Source: Desulfobacteraceae bacterium
Lineage (GTDB): Bacteria; Desulfobacterota; Desulfobacteria; Desulfobacterales; Desulfosalsimonadaceae
NCBI GenBank assembly: GCA_021737565.1
Contig: JAIPDS010000004.1
Coordinates: 1,205 to 65,204, forward strand
DNA: 64,000 nt
Direction of reading: 5' to 3'
The position numbers and the translations under genes are program-made. The notes beneath the pieces are model-generated. The model did not search any database. It was not told the origin of the DNA and saw only the letters and a list, made by a program, of their open reading frames with translations. Positions 59,223 through 64,000 of this stretch are shown here, in pieces; position 1 is the first letter of the stretch; every line of letters starts with the position of its first letter.

Positions 59223-59795
59223 ATGATGAAAAAAACGATCAGGGACATACTGATATTGGCGGGCTTTATTATTACAGTACTGCCCTGTGCAGCATACTCC
59301 CAGAACCTGGTCGAAAACGGCGGGTTTGAGCAAATAGGGACAAACAATCTGCCGGAAGGCTGGAAGGTAAATATAGCAAGAAACACCGAGGCGGAAGTCA
59401 CACTGGATGAAAATGAAAAGCATGCCGGAAACCGGTCTCTTAAAATATACGTTGCTCCTCCGGGCGGGCGTGTAGTGGTATATATAGATGAAAGCATTTC
59501 AGGGTCCGTGACTCCCGGCACAACTTATGAATCCACCGTCTGGGTCAAGGCCGAAAACGTAGATTTCAACAGGTTCACCCAGGCCCCGGTGGTCAGGGTC
59601 AATTACCGTCCCCAGCGCGTCAGGCCCGGGGGCGTGATCGATCTGATAGCCAAAACAAAAGGAACAACAGGCTGGCTCGAACTCAAGACCGACGTGCCCC
59701 CCGCCCTGGCAAACAGCCGCAGAATCCATGTTGATATAATTATGACAAAGGGGACCCTGTGGGTCGATGACATAGAAGTAAGAGCGGCTGAATAA
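59223..59795 (+). CDS. Secreted CBM4/9-like beta-sandwich protein
   Basis: Signal peptide; NLVENGGFE start, G..SLKI, LWVDDI end. Confidence 0.72.
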   Translation: MMKKTIRDILILAGFIITVLPCAAYSQNLVENGGFEQIGTNNLPEGWKVNIARNTEAEVTLDENEKHAGNRSLKIYVAPPGGRVVVYIDESISGSVTPGTTYESTVWVKAENVDFNRFTQAPVVRVNYRPQRVRPGGVIDLIAKTKGTTGWLELKTDVPPALANSRRIHVDIIMTKGTLWVDDIEVRAAE

Positions 59796-59991
59796 TATTG
59801 CCATGTCAGACCTTTATTCAAGCAGATTCAGCCTTAAAAGTTCCAGTTCCTCATTCTTAATCCCGGCCTTTTTAATCAGGTAATCCGAGGCAGTGCCGTA
59901 ATTTTCAAATATATAATCAACTACTGCCACTATGCATTGCCTGGGTGCCGTAAGATATTGGTTTTAACCACACTTACCGGAGGTGCTTACC

Positions 59992-61155
59992 TTGCTAGAC
60001 ACCCAGGAACCACGATCCGAAAATTCGAAGACAAAAGCAGGCAAATCCAGGCAGATAGTGGAAGGCGCCCTGAACCATGCAGGAATAGCAATAGGCGGGG
60101 ACAAGCCGTGGGACATCCAGGTGCACAACGATGAGGTCTTTGACCGTATAGTGCGCGACGGGGAAGTTGGCGTGGGCGAATCCTACATGGACGGCTGGTG
60201 GGACTGTCCGGCCTTGGACCAGTTTTTCGACAAAGTTTTCCGCGCCAACCTGCAACAGTATTTCAGAGACAACTGGAAGGCAACCCTTCATCTGCTCAAG
60301 GCAAAACTTCTTAACCTGCAGAAAAACCAGCGGGCCTACAAGGTGGGCAAGCAGCACTACGACGTGGGCAATGACCTCTACAGGGATATGCTTGATTCGC
60401 GCATGGCATATACCTGCGGATACTGGAGAAACGGGGCCGCAAACCTTGACGAGGCCCAGGAGGCAAAGCTTGAGCTGGTCTGCCGCAAAATCGGGCTTGA
60501 GCCCGGAATGAAGGTGCTCGACCTGGGCTGCGGGTGGGGATGTTTTGCAAAGTATGCGGCAGAAAAATACGGCGCTGAGGTAACCGGCTTAACAGTCTCC
60601 CAGGAGCAGGTTGACCTTGGCAATAAGATGTGTGAGGGCCTGCCTGTAAGCATTTATCTCGACGATTACAGAAACGCCTCGGGGACCTATGACCGGGTTG
60701 TCTCCATAGGCATAATGGAACACGTAGGCTACAAGAATTACCGCACTTACATGGAAGTTGCAAACAGGTGCATGAAAGACGACGGCATCGCCCTTATCCA
60801 CACCATAGGCGGCAACGTAAGTGTCACTTCCGCAAATCCCTGGACCACGACCTATATCTTTCCCAACAGCATGCTGCCTTCCATATCCCAGCTGGGTGCG
60901 GCCATGGAGGGGATTTTTGTAATGGAGGACTGGCACAATTTCGGACCTGATTATGACAAAACCCTTATGGCCTGGGATGGAAATTTTGAAAAATCATGGC
61001 CCAAGTACAAAGAAAGCTATGGCGAGCGCTTCTACAGGATGTGGAAATTCTATCTTATGAGCTCTGCCGGGGCTTTTCGCTCAAGGGGCATCCAGCTCTG
61101 GCAGATCGTTATGACCAAGCCGGGCCGCGCACAGCCGGACTGCCGGTTTTCATGA
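59992..61155 (+). CDS. Cfa-family fatty-acyl-phospholipid methyltransferase
   Basis: GESYMDGWW, HYDVGNDLY, YTCGYW, LDLGCGWG, RMWKFYL; TTG start after GGAGG (ORF track 59983). Confidence 0.92.
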   Translation: MLDTQEPRSENSKTKAGKSRQIVEGALNHAGIAIGGDKPWDIQVHNDEVFDRIVRDGEVGVGESYMDGWWDCPALDQFFDKVFRANLQQYFRDNWKATLHLLKAKLLNLQKNQRAYKVGKQHYDVGNDLYRDMLDSRMAYTCGYWRNGAANLDEAQEAKLELVCRKIGLEPGMKVLDLGCGWGCFAKYAAEKYGAEVTGLTVSQEQVDLGNKMCEGLPVSIYLDDYRNASGTYDRVVSIGIMEHVGYKNYRTYMEVANRCMKDDGIALIHTIGGNVSVTSANPWTTTYIFPNSMLPSISQLGAAMEGIFVMEDWHNFGPDYDKTLMAWDGNFEKSWPKYKESYGERFYRMWKFYLMSSAGAFRSRGIQLWQIVMTKPGRAQPDCRFS

Positions 61156-61162
61156 AAAAACC

Positions 61163-62125
61163 ATGATTGAGGCAACCGTCATAATCGTAGGCGGAGGTCC
61201 GGCCGGCTCAACATGCGCGCGGGAGCTTAAGAAAAACGGCATTGACGCTCTGATCATAGACCAAAACGAGTTTCCGCGAACCAAGCTGTGCGCCGGCTGG
61301 ATCACGCCGAAAGTCCTTGCCGATCTCGAACTTGCGCCGCAGGATTACCCGCACAGTCTCCTGGTCTATCATAAGATTTTATTCTCCTTTAAAAAAATAC
61401 CCCTCCCTCTGCCTACCCGCCAGTATTCGATCCGCAGGTTTGAATTTGATGCCTTCCTGTTAAAGCGCGCAGGTGTGCCTGTCCATAAGCACCGCGCAAA
61501 AGATATCCGCCGGGAAAACAACAAATATATCATCGATGACGAATACAAATGCACGTACCTGGTCGGAGCAGGCGGCACCCACTGCCCGGTTCGCAGGGCT
61601 CTTTTTTCCGAAATCCATCCCCGCGATCCTCGTCTCTGCATCGCCACGGTGGAGGAGGAATTTGCCTGGGAGTGCAAAGACTTCCGGTGCAGGCTGTGGT
61701 TTTTCGAAAACAATCTTCCGGGCTATTCCTGGTATGTGCCCAAACAGAAAGGTTATCTTAACGTGGGCATCGGCGGCAAGCTTGACTCCCTTAAAAAACG
61801 CGGCCGGACCATAAACCACTACTGGTCGCTTTTTACAGAAAAGCTTTCACGAAAAAACTTTACAAATGGGCACAACTTCAATCCCAGAGGCCACATATAT
61901 TACCTGCGGGGAAAAACTGAAAACACCAGCCGCGAAAACGCCTTTTTGACAGGCGATGCAGCAGGACTTGCCACCCGAGACATGGGCGAGGGAATAGGCC
62001 CCGCGGTGGAAAGCGGCAAACTCGCAGCGAAAGCCATTATTTCAAACACGCCTTATTCTTTGAAAAATGTCACCCAATGGAGTGCACCCCAGATTTTAAA
62101 ATCCGGATTCAAAGAGGATAAATAA
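61163..62125 (+). CDS. Geranylgeranyl-reductase-family FAD oxidoreductase
   Basis: GGGPAGS, FPRTKLCAG, GYSWYVP, GDAAG...GEGI. Confidence 0.88.
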   Translation: MIEATVIIVGGGPAGSTCARELKKNGIDALIIDQNEFPRTKLCAGWITPKVLADLELAPQDYPHSLLVYHKILFSFKKIPLPLPTRQYSIRRFEFDAFLLKRAGVPVHKHRAKDIRRENNKYIIDDEYKCTYLVGAGGTHCPVRRALFSEIHPRDPRLCIATVEEEFAWECKDFRCRLWFFENNLPGYSWYVPKQKGYLNVGIGGKLDSLKKRGRTINHYWSLFTEKLSRKNFTNGHNFNPRGHIYYLRGKTENTSRENAFLTGDAAGLATRDMGEGIGPAVESGKLAAKAIISNTPYSLKNVTQWSAPQILKSGFKEDK

Positions 62126-62157
62126 ACTGCTTATTTGTTTTCTCCGGGAGGATGAGA

Positions 62158-62586
62158 ATGAATGATCTGCTGGAATACGGAAAACAGGTGCTGGCATCCC
62201 AGCCCTTCAGCTTGCACGTGGGCGCGGAACTGGAAGAATTCCGCCAGGGAAAAGCGGTGCTTAAAATCCCTGTCACGCAAAACCTTAAGCAGCAACACGG
62301 ATTTGTGCACGGAGGCGTAATAAGCTACGCCGTGGACAACGCGCTTACCTTCGCAGGCGGAAGCGCTTTAGGGCCGGGGGTGGTTACCTCTGAATACAAA
62401 ATTAATTATATCAGGCCGGCCACGGGCTCTCATATAATTTCCAGTGCCGAGATAATTCATACGGGCAAAAATCAAGCAGTATGCAAATGCGAGGTCTTTT
62501 CAGTAAACCAGGGGAACCAAGCCCTGTGTGCAGTGGCCCAGGGCACAATTTCCAAGATAGGAAAAGATTCCAAAAATACTGCCTGA
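62158..62586 (+). CDS. PaaI-family hotdog thioesterase
   Basis: QQHGFVHGGV...D, KINYIRP. Confidence 0.9.
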   Translation: MNDLLEYGKQVLASQPFSLHVGAELEEFRQGKAVLKIPVTQNLKQQHGFVHGGVISYAVDNALTFAGGSALGPGVVTSEYKINYIRPATGSHIISSAEIIHTGKNQAVCKCEVFSVNQGNQALCAVAQGTISKIGKDSKNTA

Positions 62587-62716
62587 TCCGAAGATGCCCT
62601 GCTTTGCCGGCATGAAGGAAACCTGTATAAGGGGATCTTGCTCCTGTATCATTGCCGTGACACGCTTTTTGACTTCAATAAATATATTTACCATATTCGC
62701 ACAAGCTCGAAAACAT

Positions 62717-62890
62717 TTAAGAAATTTCGCGTATTGTATCAACAGCATTTCTGTTTCTTTGCCCGGCTTCATTTTCAAGCTCCTGCATGATCCCGTTCCA
62801 CAGGATTTTTTTCCTCTCGAGCAGATTGCTCCGAAGCATATCAAGCTCCTGCGGGGTCATCTGCCTTCTTGTCTTTTTATTATCAGTCAT
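62717..62890 (-). pseudogene. 57-aa ORF, probable truncated DksA/TraR-like N-terminus
   Basis: GGAGGTG RBS; MTDNKKTRRQMTPQELDMLRSNLLERKKILWNGIMQELENEAGQRNRNAVDTIREIS-stop; not in the ORF track. Confidence 0.5.
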
Positions 62891-63071
62891 ATTTTATCAC
62901 CTCCATTCGGATTCCGGAAAAATGATTTATCCGCCTTGAAAATTTTCCCATGCCCTGTTATGTATTATTCTGAATCAGGCGGTTTACAGACTGATAAATT
63001 TGTACTTATAATAAGACAGCCGCGCCCCCGGATCAACCTTGCGGAATGAATTGAACAAATAACAAGGAGCA

Positions 63072-63530
63072 ATGATGAAAAACCGGTCACTGCAATATCT
63101 TGCGGCGCTTCTGACGTGTGCAATATTTGTGATAACCGGTTGTGCCGGCACACGGGTTGTCGTTGAACACGGTCAGGGCGCGCCGGGAGATGCTGAAAGA
63201 AAATATGAAAGACCCGGCAGAAGCGGGGGCCCTCCCCCCTGGGCCCCTGCCCACGGTTACAGGGCGAAAAAATACAGGTATTACCCTTCGGCCCAGATCT
63301 ATTACGATACCGATCGCGGAGTGTACTTCTACTACAGGGACGGCAGCTGGGAGGTCTCGGCAAGTCTGCCAAACCGCTTCAGAGTGAGGCTCTCAGGCGG
63401 TCACGTAACCCTGGAAATGGATACAGAACGTCCTTATGAATACCATTCAGAAGTTGTGGAGCGCTATCCCCCGGGATTAAATAACAACAGGGGGCACGCA
63501 AAAGACAAAAAAGGACCGCCCGGCAATTAA
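63072..63530 (+). CDS. Lipoprotein of unknown function (GPPPWAPAHGYR motif)
   Basis: AAGGAG RBS, lipobox ITGC, aromatic-rich core. Confidence 0.8.
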   Translation: MMKNRSLQYLAALLTCAIFVITGCAGTRVVVEHGQGAPGDAERKYERPGRSGGPPPWAPAHGYRAKKYRYYPSAQIYYDTDRGVYFYYRDGSWEVSASLPNRFRVRLSGGHVTLEMDTERPYEYHSEVVERYPPGLNNNRGHAKDKKGPPGN

Positions 63531-63554
63531 GGACGCCGGGAAGCATAAATTTAT

Positions 63555-63589
63555 AAAAAAGCCCCGGGCATGGTTTGATTGCCCGGGGC
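63555..63589 (-). terminator. Intrinsic terminator between convergent genes
   Basis: gccccgggca / tgcccggggc stem; the A6 tract gives a U-tail on the minus strand. Confidence 0.75.
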
Positions 63590-63635
63590 ATTAACGGCAA
63601 CTATTTTTTAAAGGTCGGATTCCCCCGGCTTCAGG

Positions 63636-64000
63636 CTACTTCTTATCCGAGTAGTCGTACCAGCCCTTGCCTGTCTTCTGGCCGTATTCTCCCTTCACGT
63701 ATTTCTCCACAACGCTGGGCGTGGGAAGATTTGCAAAATCTCCGGTCTCCCTGAATTTTTCCATGCCCATGGTATAAGCAAGGTCAATGCCTGTAAGGTC
63801 GTTTAGGCGGAACGGACCCATGGGATGACCGGCTCCGTAAACGCATGCACTGTCGATATCCTCCACGGTAGCTACACCCATTTCCAGCAGCCACAGGGCC
63901 TCTCTTTGAATGGCTCGGAAAATCCTGTTTAGCAGGAAACCTTCAACTTCCTTTTTCAGGTGCACCGGCATTTTTTCAATCTTGCGGCACAGCTCCATGG
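63636..64000 (-). CDS. 3-hydroxyacyl-CoA dehydrogenase, C-terminal part (5' end outside window)
   Basis: GFLLNRI, DID, GHPMGPF..DLTGID, GQKTGKGWY. Confidence 0.9.
   Translation of the reverse strand, partial: MELCRKIEKMPVHLKKEVEGFLLNRIFRAIQREALWLLEMGVATVEDIDSACVYGAGHPMGPFRLNDLTGIDLAYTMGMEKFRETGDFANLPTPSVVEKYVKGEYGQKTGKGWYDYSDKK

Noticed and set aside
62594-63049. 151-aa plus-strand ORF
   Set aside because: No clear RBS or motifs; it overlaps the better-supported minus-strand 57-aa ORF

Overview
This is a chromosomal window from a probable Desulfobacterales-type sulfate reducer. The taxonomy is inferred from gene content and order, not proven. It contains: (i) an AT-richer organic-acid catabolism patch at 1-7.6 kb, including an aconitase::MmgE/PrpD deletion chimera; (ii) an 11-gene co-directional small-GTPase signalling cluster at 8.5-19.3 kb, with MglB, MglA, an acidic scaffold-like protein, a Zn-ribbon/HAMP membrane sensor lacking any output domain, PATAN/DUF4388-like proteins, a second roadblock protein, an orphan TPR-PilB/GspE ATPase, PilZ and a membrane adenylate cyclase; (iii) housekeeping genes purB, amidase, mutS, dGTPase and rpoH; (iv) tRNA-Arg(UCU) followed by a second AT-richer catabolic island with a TTT transporter, MmgE/PrpD, IlvD, two enolase-superfamily enzymes, LhgO, an atypical radical SAM enzyme and deletion scars; (v) a paaK-ACT-liv-paaK' operon preceded by an unannotated Phe-rich leader peptide and a five-segment attenuator; and (vi) a cfa-like methyltransferase plus geranylgeranyl-reductase-like pair. 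The best candidates for undescribed biology are the GPCR-like Mgl cluster and the Phe-sensing attenuator, which implies anabolic phenylacetate salvage. All calls come from reading motifs by eye; no searches or folding calculations were run.
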